Source: Nitrospiraceae bacterium (GTDB taxonomy: Bacteria; Nitrospirota; Nitrospiria; Nitrospirales; Nitrospiraceae). Taken from it: a DNA stretch of 64,000 nt. A program made the translations under genes and the position numbers. Under the pieces are notes generated by a model that saw only the letters and a list, made by a program, of their open reading frames with translations, had not been told where the DNA came from and did no database searches. Location: contig JBFWWG010000011.1 of assembly GCA_050246315.1 (NCBI GenBank), forward strand, positions 64,001 to 128,000, in the 5' to 3' direction. The stretch's first letter is position 1, and the number at the start of each line of letters is the position of its first letter. Below are positions 30,846-40,853 of the stretch, piece after piece.

Positions 30846-30913
30846 AGTCCTTAATAGCGGCGGTGGCGCCGTGCGCGGCGCCTCCGCCGCTCCCCCGTTC
30901 GCTCGCTTCTCGA

Positions 30914-32113
30914 ATGGTTTCATTGGAGCACAAGCAAGAGACGGCGTCCATCCGACTGCGTGCCAGTTGCGAGTCTCGGATTGTGGCCGGCCATCTCTGG
31001 ATTTATGAAGGGGACATCGACTCCATCGCGGGAGAACCGAAGCCCGGGGACGTAGTGGACGTGGTCATGCACGGCGGGCGCCGGTGCGGACTTGGGCTCT
31101 ATAGCCCCCAGTCGAAGATTCGGGTGCGGCTCCTCACGACCGGAGACGAATCGATCGATGCCTCCTTCTGGGATCAACGGATTGGCGAAGCGGTCGCGCG
31201 TCGCAACTCGGTCATCTCCGGCACGACCGCGTACCGGCTCGTTCACTCCGAGGGCGATGGACTGCCGGGATTGATCGTCGATCGCTACGGGCCGGTGTTG
31301 GTCATGCAGAGCTTGACGGTCGGGATGGATCGTTGGCACGACGAGTTGGCAGAGGCCCTACTCCGGCATACGGACGCGGAGTCTATCTATCTGCGGAACG
31401 ATGCCCCGGCGCGTGTTCACGAAGGGCTGCCGCAGGAACGGGGGTTTCTCCGCGGCAAGGGGCCGCTTCGAGTGGAAATCATGGAAGGGCCGGCGCGCTT
31501 CCTCGTCGATATCGAGCGAGGGCAGAAGACCGGCTGGTTCTGCGATCAGCGCGACAATCGACTGGCCGTGGCCTCCCTGGCGAAGGACCGGGATGTCCTA
31601 GACGCCTTCTGCCATACCGGCGCCTTCGGTACCCAGGCGGCCTTGGGAGGCGCCCGTTCCGTCTCGGGACTGGATGTGAGCCGCTCCGCGGTAGAAATGG
31701 CGAGGATGCATGCCGACCTGAATGGCGTGGCGCAGATTTGTGAGTATCGCCAAGCTGATGCGCAGGAGTCGTTGAAACGGCTCGGCCGGTCGCGGCGGCG
31801 GTTCGATCTCGCGATTCTGGACCCACCGGCTTTTGCCAAGTCTCGATCCGTCCGGGGACGGGCCGTCGAAGGATATCGGCACATCAATATGATGGCGCTG
31901 AACCTGATCCGTTCCGGCGGGCTGCTCGTCACCTGTTCCTGCTCGCATCACGTGGGTGAAGACGATCTCTCCGCTGCGGTCGAGGCAGCCGCCCGGCAAA
32001 CCAGGAGACGAATCGAGATCGTCGAACGGCGCGCTGCGGGTCCCGACCATCCAGTGCGCTCGTCCATCCCCGAGACCCAGTACCTGAAGTGCCTGATCGT
32101 CAAGGTCAAGTAG
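30914..32113 (+). CDS. rlmI: RlmI-like class I SAM-dependent rRNA m5C methyltransferase
   Basis: PUA N-terminus (GHLWIY), EGDGLPGLIVD, GQKTGWFCDQR, LDPPAF, TCSCSH, PETQYLK; start uncertain. Confidence 0.85.
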   Translation: MVSLEHKQETASIRLRASCESRIVAGHLWIYEGDIDSIAGEPKPGDVVDVVMHGGRRCGLGLYSPQSKIRVRLLTTGDESIDASFWDQRIGEAVARRNSVISGTTAYRLVHSEGDGLPGLIVDRYGPVLVMQSLTVGMDRWHDELAEALLRHTDAESIYLRNDAPARVHEGLPQERGFLRGKGPLRVEIMEGPARFLVDIERGQKTGWFCDQRDNRLAVASLAKDRDVLDAFCHTGAFGTQAALGGARSVSGLDVSRSAVEMARMHADLNGVAQICEYRQADAQESLKRLGRSRRRFDLAILDPPAFAKSRSVRGRAVEGYRHINMMALNLIRSGGLLVTCSCSHHVGEDDLSAAVEAAARQTRRRIEIVERRAAGPDHPVRSSIPETQYLKCLIVKVK

Positions 32114-32226
32114 CTCGGCCACCTTCCACTTTTCGGCCAACCGCCAATCGCTTCTGACGGCCAGCGTGTTTGCCAGCCCGCATTCGGAGCCTTCATGAAA
32201 TACACGTATTTATGCTAGTGACCTTG

Positions 32227-32255
32227 TTGACCAAATGCAACGTCAAGCGTATCCT
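32227..32255 (+). promoter_or_regulatory. Candidate sigma70 promoter for the caspase locus
   Basis: TTGACC-N17-TATCCT, followed by GGAGG RBS before ATG 32307. Confidence 0.5.
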
Positions 32256-32306
32256 GTCTCCGCGACGAGATGAATCGCCGCTCACGAAGACAACAAGGAG
32301 GTTGCC

Positions 32307-33149
32307 ATGGCACGACGCGCGGTTCTCATTGGAATCAACAAGTATCGGGTACCCGGCTCCGATTTGCGCGGGTGCGTGAACGATGTCCGCAACATGCAAG
32401 GAGTCTTGACCAGGTACTATGGGTTTGCCGCAAAAGACATCGTGCTGTTGACCGACTACGACGCCACGAAGAGCGCCATGGAAAAGGCCATCGGGAAGTT
32501 GATCTCGGGCGCGAAGAAGGGCGATGTCCTCCTGCTGCATTACTCGGGACACGGTTCCAACTCGCCGGATGACAACGGTGACGAAGCGGACAAGCGGGAT
32601 GAAATCCTCTGTCCGACCGACTTGGATTGGCAGGACCCGTTTCGCGACGACTGGCTGCGGAAGACGTTCAATAAGGTGAAGGCCGGCGTCGGGTTGACCG
32701 TCATCATGGATTGTTGCCACTCGGGGACCAACACCCGAGCCATTCAACCCCCGGATGCGCCGATCAAGGAGCGCTATTTGCCGAACCCGTTGGACCTGTT
32801 GGCGACGGAATCAGGCCGGAAGCTCCGGGGCACGGTCAAAGGCGAGCTCCGGTCATCGTCCCGCGCCGCACGCAAGAAGAGCGATGTGGTGCATGCGAAC
32901 ATCGGCGAATTGCTGATCACCGGCTGCCGAGACACGCAAACCTCTGCCGATGCCTTCATCAATGGGACCTACAACGGCGCGCTCACCTATTATCTGGTTG
33001 AGAGCATCAAAGAGGCGAACGGCAAGCTCAGCTATCGCGAGCTGCACAAGCGGACGCTCGCCAAGCTCAAAGGGGAGTACGACCAGGTCCCGCAGCTCGA
33101 AGGAAACAAGGCCAAGTTCGATCGCCCATTCCTGTCGCCGGAAGGTTGA
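32307..33149 (+). CDS. Metacaspase (peptidase C14), catalytic dyad intact
   Basis: AVLIGINKY, LRGCVND, HYSGHG, DCCHSG, GCRDTQTSAD, GALT, QVPQL. Confidence 0.93.
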   Translation: MARRAVLIGINKYRVPGSDLRGCVNDVRNMQGVLTRYYGFAAKDIVLLTDYDATKSAMEKAIGKLISGAKKGDVLLLHYSGHGSNSPDDNGDEADKRDEILCPTDLDWQDPFRDDWLRKTFNKVKAGVGLTVIMDCCHSGTNTRAIQPPDAPIKERYLPNPLDLLATESGRKLRGTVKGELRSSSRAARKKSDVVHANIGELLITGCRDTQTSADAFINGTYNGALTYYLVESIKEANGKLSYRELHKRTLAKLKGEYDQVPQLEGNKAKFDRPFLSPEG

Positions 33150-33244
33150 AGGGGTGCGGATGCCCTGCCGTTTGGGTGAGACACGCAAGGCGAATAGGAT
33201 GGCCCGATCATCAATCACAAGGTTGGTCAAGGTAGGGATGCCCG

Positions 33245-36200
33245 ATGAATAAGAGGCGAGGGCGATCTTCTCGGTCGAGAGCCGGCGCGAAAATCCGGAA
33301 GGCAAATGGCGCGCCCGCGCCGCGTGAGTTGGCCGGGTACGCATTGCCGGACGAGGCGATCGAGCGCGCGCTGTCAACCGGTGAGCATCGTGGCGCACTG
33401 GAAGAATATTTCGGCGAGGAGAACTATCAGGAGCTTCGCGATCTGGCCCGCCAGGCCTCCGCAAGGTCGGTGCGCGGAGGACCGCGGGTGTTGATTCTCC
33501 CAGGAATCATGGGGTCCAAGTTGGGCCGGAAGCGCCTGCTGCTCGACGACGTGATTTGGATTGATCCGATCGGCATCCTTGCCGGCGAGTTGAACGAGCT
33601 GACCTTGGGCAAGGGCAAAGACGATGTGGTTCCGCTCGGCGTGCTCTTGTTCGCCTACCTGATGATCAAGCTCTCGTTGCGAGCTGCGGGATTTGACGCG
33701 GACTTTCATCCTTACGATTGGCGACGCGATCTGCCTTCGCTGGGGGCGCAGTTGGCCAAGCGGATTAAGGACGAACAGAAACCGGTCCATCTCGTGGCCC
33801 ACAGCATGGGCGGTCTCGTCGCGCGAGCCGCGCTCAAGGCCGGGGCGGCCGACGTCGAGCGTGTGATCATGCTCGGCACGCCAAATTATGGATCGTTCGC
33901 CATCCCGCAAGCCCTCCGCGGCACCTATGATGTGGTCAAGAAAGTGGCGGCGGTTGACCTCACACACAGCTCGGAGGAACTGGCCTCGGAGGTCTTCTCG
34001 ACGTTTCCCGGCCTGTACCAGATGATGCCGTGGAAGGAAAAATTCAGCGCGATCAATCTCTACGACGAGAAGGTTTGGCCGACCGCCGGCCCGCGCCCAC
34101 GCGCAGAACTGCTGCGCGCCGTCGAGCCGGTCCATGCCAAGCTGGCTCCGGGCGACAAGCGGTTCGTGCTCATTGCGGGAGTGAACCAAGACACGATCAC
34201 CGGTATGCGGATCGATAATGGAGACTTCGCCTATGAAGTCACGAAAGCCGGAGACGGCACCGTTCCGCTGGACTTCGCCAAACTCGAAGATGTGCCGACG
34301 TACTATGTCGAGGAAAGTCACGGCAGCCTTCCGAACAACGGCATCGTGCGCGATGCCGTGGCCTCGCTTCTCAACGGGGCCGCGCCACAGCGGGTGATGA
34401 CGCAATGGAGCCCGCCGCGAGGAGCGGCCGTCCGGATGCGCCACGGTCAAGACCTGCGGCAGAGCGTCTTTGAAGGACGGCGCGGCAGGCAATTGACCGC
34501 ACGGGACATGCGGATGGTCTTGGAGGAGGTGGCTGCTCCGCCGGTGCCGATCGGCCAGCGAAGCGCCAAGACTCCGGCGGTCGCCGAGGGGACGGCGCGC
34601 TTCGAACACCTCGTGGTGGGGCGTCGGTACCAGCGAGAGCTCGATGTCACGCTCGTGAAGGGCAACATCGCGGATGTGGACACGCGGGCCTGCGTGCTCG
34701 GCATTTTCCAGGAGGTAACTCCGACCGGGGCCGCGCGAGCCCTGGACGACCGCTTGGGCGGCATGATTCGAGAGTTTACGGAACGGCGCATGTTTACCGG
34801 AATCGTCGGGGAGACGTTCCTGATGCCGGTCAATCGATCGAGCTTGCGAACGGAAATGATCATGCTGGCCGGTATGGGAACCTTCGACCGCTTCACGCCG
34901 GACATGCAGGAACTGGTGTCCGAGAACGTCCTGCGGGTCTTCCTGCGCGCGCGGGTAGAGGAGTTCGCGACCGTGATTCTGGGCGGCAGCACGGGATCGA
35001 GCGTGGCCGCCGTCGCCAAGCAGATGTTCACCGGCTTCCTTAAAGCCCTCCAGGATGCCGATCGCGGACAGCGGTTCCGCCGCATCATTCTCTGCGAACG
35101 AGACGACGCGCGGTATGATGAATTGAAGCGGAGCGTATACGACCTGGCCAGCACGCCGCTATTCCAGGGGGCCGAGCTGACGATCAACGAAGAGGTCTTC
35201 CCTCCGTTGGATGTATCGGCTCTTGATGGAGCGCGCGCCCTCGCCTCCGGCCGGGGAGAGGACCCCATCTATTTGTTCGTGCGTCAACTGCCCAGCGCGC
35301 CCGACTCAACGGTGTTCCAAGCCGCCCTGCTGACCGCTGGCGGACGCGCCGCCATCATTACGGAGGACGCGGCTCCTCCGAAGGCCGAGTTGGAAGCCCA
35401 CCTCGCCTTGACGGGCGGCGGACGACTGAAAATCACGAGCGATGAGGAGTTGGCCGCCTACGGCAAAAAGCTGGGACAACTGGTGCTCCATCCCAAGATT
35501 CAGGAGGTGTTGGCGAGTCCCGGTCTAGAAGATCGCCATCTCGTCGTCGTGCATGACCTCGCCGCTTCCCGCATTCCCTGGGAGACGCTGATGATCGACG
35601 GAAGGCGTCCGGCTCTCACGGAGGGAGTCAGTCGCCGCTATCTCGCATCGAACCTGTCAGTGGCCAAGTGGAGGGAGGAACAGCGGCAAGATGCGATGTT
35701 GCGCGTGTTGTTGGTGGTCAACCCCACGCAGGACTTGGCTGGGGCGGCGTCAGAAGGCAGGCTGGTCGAGAATGTGCTGAACGGCCAACGAGGGGTGGAG
35801 CTGGCGATCGTGAAGGAACAGCAGGCGACCAGAAGCCGCCTGCTCGCGGAACTGAAGGGAGGCCGATACGATGTCGTCCACTATGCGGGGCATGCGTACT
35901 ATGATCGAGCGAACCCGAGCCAGAGCGGGATCGTGTGCCACGGAGACGAGATCCTGACCGGGCCGGATCTGATGTCGCTTCCCACGCTGCCGAGCATGGC
36001 GTTTTTCAACGCCTGTGAAGCGGGCCGTGTGCGGGTGTGGCGGCCAAAGATGCAGCGAGGAAAACGCTCGCTGAGCCGGAAGCAAGCGGCGCCGCCGGCC
36101 GATCCGTTGGAAGTGTCGGTGAGTTTCGCCGAGGCCTTCCTGCGCGGAGGCGCCGCGACCTACGTGGGGACCTATTGGCCTGTGGGGGATAAAGCGGCAG

Positions 36201-36361
36201 AAGAGTTCGCGCAGACCTTGTACAGCCAACTGATCGAAGGACAATCGGTGGCTCGGTCCCTCTTGGCGGCGCGCCAGGCTCTTCAGAAGTCCGCGCTTCT
36301 CGATTGGGCGGACTACATCCACTATGGCAGCCCGGATTTCGTGCTGAAAGTCCGGAGCTAA
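33245..36361 (+). CDS. Multidomain protein: LCAT/PGAP1-like alpha/beta hydrolase + macro/M17-N-like domain + CHAT caspase-like protease
   Basis: ILPGIMGS, YDWR, AHSMGG, GDGTVP, HGSL; middle VKGNIADVD..VLG.F..GMG; IPWE, HYAGH, FFNACE, GTYWPVGD, W.DY.HYG. Confidence 0.85.
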   Translation: MNKRRGRSSRSRAGAKIRKANGAPAPRELAGYALPDEAIERALSTGEHRGALEEYFGEENYQELRDLARQASARSVRGGPRVLILPGIMGSKLGRKRLLLDDVIWIDPIGILAGELNELTLGKGKDDVVPLGVLLFAYLMIKLSLRAAGFDADFHPYDWRRDLPSLGAQLAKRIKDEQKPVHLVAHSMGGLVARAALKAGAADVERVIMLGTPNYGSFAIPQALRGTYDVVKKVAAVDLTHSSEELASEVFSTFPGLYQMMPWKEKFSAINLYDEKVWPTAGPRPRAELLRAVEPVHAKLAPGDKRFVLIAGVNQDTITGMRIDNGDFAYEVTKAGDGTVPLDFAKLEDVPTYYVEESHGSLPNNGIVRDAVASLLNGAAPQRVMTQWSPPRGAAVRMRHGQDLRQSVFEGRRGRQLTARDMRMVLEEVAAPPVPIGQRSAKTPAVAEGTARFEHLVVGRRYQRELDVTLVKGNIADVDTRACVLGIFQEVTPTGAARALDDRLGGMIREFTERRMFTGIVGETFLMPVNRSSLRTEMIMLAGMGTFDRFTPDMQELVSENVLRVFLRARVEEFATVILGGSTGSSVAAVAKQMFTGFLKALQDADRGQRFRRIILCERDDARYDELKRSVYDLASTPLFQGAELTINEEVFPPLDVSALDGARALASGRGEDPIYLFVRQLPSAPDSTVFQAALLTAGGRAAIITEDAAPPKAELEAHLALTGGGRLKITSDEELAAYGKKLGQLVLHPKIQEVLASPGLEDRHLVVVHDLAASRIPWETLMIDGRRPALTEGVSRRYLASNLSVAKWREEQRQDAMLRVLLVVNPTQDLAGAASEGRLVENVLNGQRGVELAIVKEQQATRSRLLAELKGGRYDVVHYAGHAYYDRANPSQSGIVCHGDEILTGPDLMSLPTLPSMAFFNACEAGRVRVWRPKMQRGKRSLSRKQAAPPADPLEVSVSFAEAFLRGGAATYVGTYWPVGDKAAEEFAQTLYSQLIEGQSVARSLLAARQALQKSALLDWADYIHYGSPDFVLKVRS

Positions 36362-36376
36362 TCCACAAAGCATGGG

Positions 36377-36410
36377 GGCCTGGCACCGCCGTCTTCGGCG
36401 GTGCCAGGCC
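36377..36410 (+). terminator. 15-bp GC hairpin after the CHAT gene
   Basis: GGCCTGGCACCGCCG-TCTT-CGGCGGTGCCAGGCC; weak U-tract. Confidence 0.6.
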
Positions 36411-36636
36411 TCGTTCACTCAGTCGGCATCCCCCAGTCTCGCCTCAACGATACGTCTCTGCGAAACCCCTGTGCGTAGGCCAATCTTCAGCCAGACTTCA
36501 GGAACTTTCGCATGCCCGGAGATCGGGCTAGACCCTCTTTGCCGCTCCATCTAGATCCAAATCAGTACCAGGGTCTATGGGCTCGACCCGCCGATCGATC
36601 TATACCGGTAGGGGACGGATCAGTTCGGAGGTGCAG

Positions 36637-37014
36637 GTGGAAAAGATTCGCGTGTTGCTGGCCAACCATCCGCTGATGCTTCCGGACGACATTCGCAATC
36701 TGGTGGAAGAACAAGAGGACATGGAGATCGTGGGCGACTGCCGAGGTCCTATGAAAATTCTGCAAGAAACGGGCAGGACCAAGGCCGATGCCGTGATTCT
36801 CGCGCAGGAGGGAACGCAAGAGCCGGGTCTCTGCAGCCAGTTGCTGGCCGTGTATCCCGACCTCACCATCCTCGGCCTGACGCCGGACATGACGGCCGGG
36901 TTCGTGCGGCAACTCTGTTCGCGTCGGGATGCCCTGGCCGAGGTCAAGAAACAGGATGTCATCCACCGGCTCCGTGCGGCCGTGCGGCAACCCTGTAGCG
37001 AACGGGAGGGCTGA
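36637..37014 (+). CDS. Stand-alone atypical NarL-type receiver-like protein
   Basis: KIRVLLANHP..IRNLVE.QEDMEIVG..ADAVILA..YPDLTIL; acidic pocket and phospho-Asp absent; GGAGG before GTG 36637. Confidence 0.65.
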   Translation: MEKIRVLLANHPLMLPDDIRNLVEEQEDMEIVGDCRGPMKILQETGRTKADAVILAQEGTQEPGLCSQLLAVYPDLTILGLTPDMTAGFVRQLCSRRDALAEVKKQDVIHRLRAAVRQPCSEREG

Positions 37015-37110
37015 GGCCGTTCGGCGATTGCCAAGAGCGAGGTCATCGGCATGATGCGAGGGCGAAACGAGGACGAGCCAACGACTTAATCTCAGCAGCG
37101 GAGGAGGCCA

Positions 37111-38697
37111 ATGCCAACTACACCAACGTATCCAGGAGTCTACATCGAAGAGATTCCGAGCGGCGTGCGTACGATCACCGGAGTCGCCACCTCCATCGCC
37201 GCCTTTATTGGTCGAGCACTCAGAGGACCGACCAACGAGCCCATCACCATCAATAGCTTCGGGGATTTCGAACGGACCTTCGGCGGGTTGTGGGTGGGCA
37301 GCAGCCTGGGCTTCGCCGTTCGGGACTTTTACCTGAACGGCGGAGGGCAGGCCGTCATTGTCCGTCTCTACCATGCCGAGACGGGCACAGGGGCCAAACC
37401 GGCGCAGGCGAAACTCACGGCAGATTCCCTCGGGCTCGAGGCCGCCAGCCCTGGAGCCTGGGGCAACAAGTTGCGCGCGCGAGTGGATCACAATACGCGG
37501 CCGGCGCTTCCGGGCGAAGCCGCCGACAGCCTGTTCAATCTGACCGTACGGGACGGAGAGACCGGAGCGATCGAGAGCTTCCGGAACGTCTCGATCACTG
37601 CGGGCCATCCGCGGCAGATCGACAAGGTCCTGCTCAACGAATCCCAACTCGTGCGCATGACCGGCAATCTGCCGGCCGCGCGTCCCGCGAAGAGCAACGA
37701 TCCCGCGGCCGGGAAAGATCCGTGGGAAGACAACACCCCGGCGACCAACTACAAGGTGGCGACAGCCGCCGAAGCCTCGGACGGTGCGGCGTTGACGAAG
37801 GCCGATGATTTCACCCCGGCGAACGCCGAGAGCAACAAGAAGGGGTTGTATGCGCTGGCCAAGGCCGACCTCTTCAATCTCCTCTGCATCCCACCTTATC
37901 TCGCCAGCGGCAATGTGGACACGGGCCTGACTTCGGAAGCGGCGGCCTACTGCGAGCGGCGCCGGGCCATGCTGTTAGTAGATCCTCTCGTCGAGTGGAC
38001 CTCGAAGGATGCGGCCAAGTCCGGCGTGGCGAACATCGGCACGACCAGCAAGAATGCGGCACTCTACTTTCCACGATTGCGTCAGCCGAATGCGCTGAAA
38101 GACAACCAGGTCGAAGATTTCGTGCCCTGCGGCGCCGTCGCCGGGATCTTCGCTAGAACCGACGCGCAACGGGGGGTGTGGAAGGCTCCAGCCGGTTTGG
38201 AGGCGACGCTCGTCGGGGTTCCGGGTCTCAGCGTGCCGTTGAACGATCCCGAAAACGGCGAGCTCAATCCATTGGGCGTCAACTGTCTCCGCGTGATGGC
38301 GCCCGCCGGTCCGTTGGTATGGGGTGCGCGCACGCTGCAGGGCGACGACCGCTTCGCCTCGGAGTGGAAGTATGTGCCGGTTCGGCGCATCGCCCTCTTC
38401 ATCGAAGAAAGCCTGTATCGAGGCACCCAATGGGTAGTCTTCGAGCCGAACGACGCGCCGCTATGGGCGCAGATTCGTCTCAACATCGGAGCCTTCATGC
38501 ACAACCTCTTCAGGCAAGGCGCGTTCCAAGGCCAGACTCCTCAAGAGGCGTACTTCGTCAAGTGCGACAAAGAAACCACGACACAGAACGACATCAATCT
38601 CGGCATCGTGAACATCGTGGTCGGTTTTGCTCCTCTGAAACCGGCCGAGTTCGTCATCATCAAGATTCAGCAGATGGCCGGTCAGATCCAGTCATAA
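37111..38697 (+). CDS. eCIS contractile tail sheath protein (Afp2/3/4-like)
   Basis: YPGVYIEE, RGVWKAPAG, LNPLGVNCLR, VWGARTL, YVPVRR, VFEPN, APLKPAEF. Confidence 0.95.
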   Translation: MPTTPTYPGVYIEEIPSGVRTITGVATSIAAFIGRALRGPTNEPITINSFGDFERTFGGLWVGSSLGFAVRDFYLNGGGQAVIVRLYHAETGTGAKPAQAKLTADSLGLEAASPGAWGNKLRARVDHNTRPALPGEAADSLFNLTVRDGETGAIESFRNVSITAGHPRQIDKVLLNESQLVRMTGNLPAARPAKSNDPAAGKDPWEDNTPATNYKVATAAEASDGAALTKADDFTPANAESNKKGLYALAKADLFNLLCIPPYLASGNVDTGLTSEAAAYCERRRAMLLVDPLVEWTSKDAAKSGVANIGTTSKNAALYFPRLRQPNALKDNQVEDFVPCGAVAGIFARTDAQRGVWKAPAGLEATLVGVPGLSVPLNDPENGELNPLGVNCLRVMAPAGPLVWGARTLQGDDRFASEWKYVPVRRIALFIEESLYRGTQWVVFEPNDAPLWAQIRLNIGAFMHNLFRQGAFQGQTPQEAYFVKCDKETTTQNDINLGIVNIVVGFAPLKPAEFVIIKIQQMAGQIQS

Positions 38698-38709
38698 GGA
38701 GGACGTACG

Positions 38710-39228
38710 ATGGCGCAGTTCAGCGTCAATACACAGCGGTTTGATCCGTACAAGAATTTCAAGTTCCGCGTGAAATGGGACGGCCGGTATGTCGCCGGTA
38801 TCAGCAAAGTGGGGGCTCTGAAACGCACGACCGAGGTGGTGGAGCATCGGGAGGGGGGCGACCCCAGCACCGGCCGCAAGTCGCCGGGGCGAGCCAAATA
38901 CGAGGCCATCACCTTGGAACGGGGCGTCACGCATGATCTTGAGTTCGAGAAGTGGGCCAACAAGGTGTGGGACTTCGGGTCGGGCCTCGGGCGGGAGGTG
39001 TCGCTCAAGGACTTTCGGAAGGACATCATCATCGAGATGTACAACGAAGCGGGTCAGCTCGCCTTCGCCTACAAGGTGTATCGCTGTTGGGTGTCCGAGT
39101 TTCAGGCCCAGCCGGATCTGGATGCGAATGCGAATGCCGTGGCGATTCAATCCATCAAGCTGGAGAACGAGGGTTGGGAACGGGATCGCGACGTGCCTGA
39201 GCCTGCGGAACCGGCCTTGTCGGCGTAG
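38710..39228 (+). CDS. eCIS tail tube protein (T4 gp19 / Afp1/5-like)
   Basis: DPYKNFKFRV, HREGG..RKSPG, ITLERG, FEKW, RKDIII, LDANANAVAI. Confidence 0.93.
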   Translation: MAQFSVNTQRFDPYKNFKFRVKWDGRYVAGISKVGALKRTTEVVEHREGGDPSTGRKSPGRAKYEAITLERGVTHDLEFEKWANKVWDFGSGLGREVSLKDFRKDIIIEMYNEAGQLAFAYKVYRCWVSEFQAQPDLDANANAVAIQSIKLENEGWERDRDVPEPAEPALSA

Positions 39229-39234
39229 GACATC

Positions 39235-39987
39235 ATGCACGGCCTCTCGGCGCAAGAGCTGCTCGATGTCTGGGACCAAGGGGAGAGTCTCTCATCCTGC
39301 GGACGGGCGACGCTCCTGCTGGCGACGACCTGTCCGGAATACTCGCGCCAGCTCATCGACAGTCTCACGATCGGGGAGCGTGATGCGCTCTTGGCCGAAA
39401 TACGAGCCCGCACGTTCGGATGGGATTTGGCGAGCGTGGCAAGGTGCCCGGCCTGCCGAGAATTGGTCGATGTGGGCATCGATGTGCGGGCGATCTTTTC
39501 CGACAGGGCGCCGGCGGCGCCGAACGGGGAGCTGTACCGACAGCCTTTGGTGATCGAATCGAATGACTTCGTCGTGCATGTCGCAATTCCGGCTGTTCGA
39601 GATCTCGAGGCGATCTTGACCGCTACCGCTCCGGTAGAAGGGCTTCGTCTGCTGTTGCGGCGCTGCGTCCTCCGTGCGGAGCGCCGAGGGGCGCCTTGCG
39701 AAGTGGAGGATCTTTCCGAAGACGTGCGCGCGCTGATTGACCAACGCCTGGCGGAAGCCGATCCGCATGGAGCTGTGCGCCTCTCCCTGCACTGCCCTGG
39801 ATGCGATCATCGTTGGGTCCTGTCGTTCGACGTGCTGGCGTACTTTTGGAGCGAAATTCGGACCGGGGCACGGCGGCTGCTACGAGAGATTCATGCACTG
39901 GCCTCGGCCTATGGGTGGAGGGAGTCCGAGATCTTGATACTCAGCGCGGCGCGGCGCCGCGCTTATTTGGAATTGGTGGCGGGATGA
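39235..39987 (+). CDS. eCIS baseplate/tail assembly chaperone-like protein with two CxxC motifs
   Basis: GERDALL...R..TFG, CPAC, ADP..CPGC, EIHALASAYGW.ESEIL.LS..RR..Y. Confidence 0.7.
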   Translation: MHGLSAQELLDVWDQGESLSSCGRATLLLATTCPEYSRQLIDSLTIGERDALLAEIRARTFGWDLASVARCPACRELVDVGIDVRAIFSDRAPAAPNGELYRQPLVIESNDFVVHVAIPAVRDLEAILTATAPVEGLRLLLRRCVLRAERRGAPCEVEDLSEDVRALIDQRLAEADPHGAVRLSLHCPGCDHRWVLSFDVLAYFWSEIRTGARRLLREIHALASAYGWRESEILILSAARRRAYLELVAG

Positions 39988-40853
39988 GTCGGTACATGTG
40001 GGATCTGGTCATGCGGAGCCTGGGAGAGGTTGGCGGACTGAGTCCCCGTCCGTTGAATCGGTACGAACCCGGCCAGTGGGGCGGCGCCTCGGAGAGCACC
40101 GACGTCATCCAAGAGATGAACGGCATGGGTCTGCCGTTGGAATCTGGACGGTCGTTCCCGGACGATTTGTCACGGACAGTCCTGCCGATGATGGACGCCG
40201 GTCCCGCCGAAATCGTGGTCCATCCGGCCAGGCAAACCGATACGTACGCCCGAGACGATCGTGCAGAGAGATTGGTTGAGGGGAGGTGGCTTGCTCAGCA
40301 AGAAATCTCCGGTGAACGAAACGACGAAGCCGATGTCGCGAAGGCGGAACGAACCCCGCAGGCAGGCCGGCCGGCGAGCCCAACACGGATCTCCGGTCAT
40401 TCCAATGGCATTCAAGTAATGAACCTCCAGATCCCGCCACAAGCAGAAGCGAGTGCTTCAGCGCAGCGTCCTCCAGCGCAGGTCGCTTCACCAGAACGAC
40501 GCGATCGACGTATGACTGAGAGCGTCGAGGAAGGAGCGTCTTCGGATGGAACGCGCAGTGGAGCGCGCAGGTCGCTCGGCAATGAGCAGCTACCGTCGCC
40601 GGTGACGACTCGACCGCGGTCGTCTGATCCTCTTGAACCGACGCTGGGAGATCTCTCGGTTCGTGATGTGCGCCGTGAGGCGACGGAACCGCCAGTGGCG
40701 AAACGGCCGCCGGTTGTTCAGATTCGCATCGGGCGAATCGAGGTCAGGGCCGTCGAACCACCGGTGTCCGCCCCGAGCAAGAAGGTCGTTGAAGCGCCAC
40801 GTTCATCGGTGCCGCTCGACCAGTACTTGAGACGCCGCACTCGGGAGGCCTGA
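39984..40853 (+). CDS. eCIS low-complexity protein with structured-looking termini
   Basis: ATGA coupling; long P/A/S/R/E-rich middle; C-terminal VQIRIGRIEVRA..LDQYL. Confidence 0.6.
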   Translation: MSRYMWDLVMRSLGEVGGLSPRPLNRYEPGQWGGASESTDVIQEMNGMGLPLESGRSFPDDLSRTVLPMMDAGPAEIVVHPARQTDTYARDDRAERLVEGRWLAQQEISGERNDEADVAKAERTPQAGRPASPTRISGHSNGIQVMNLQIPPQAEASASAQRPPAQVASPERRDRRMTESVEEGASSDGTRSGARRSLGNEQLPSPVTTRPRSSDPLEPTLGDLSVRDVRREATEPPVAKRPPVVQIRIGRIEVRAVEPPVSAPSKKVVEAPRSSVPLDQYLRRRTREA

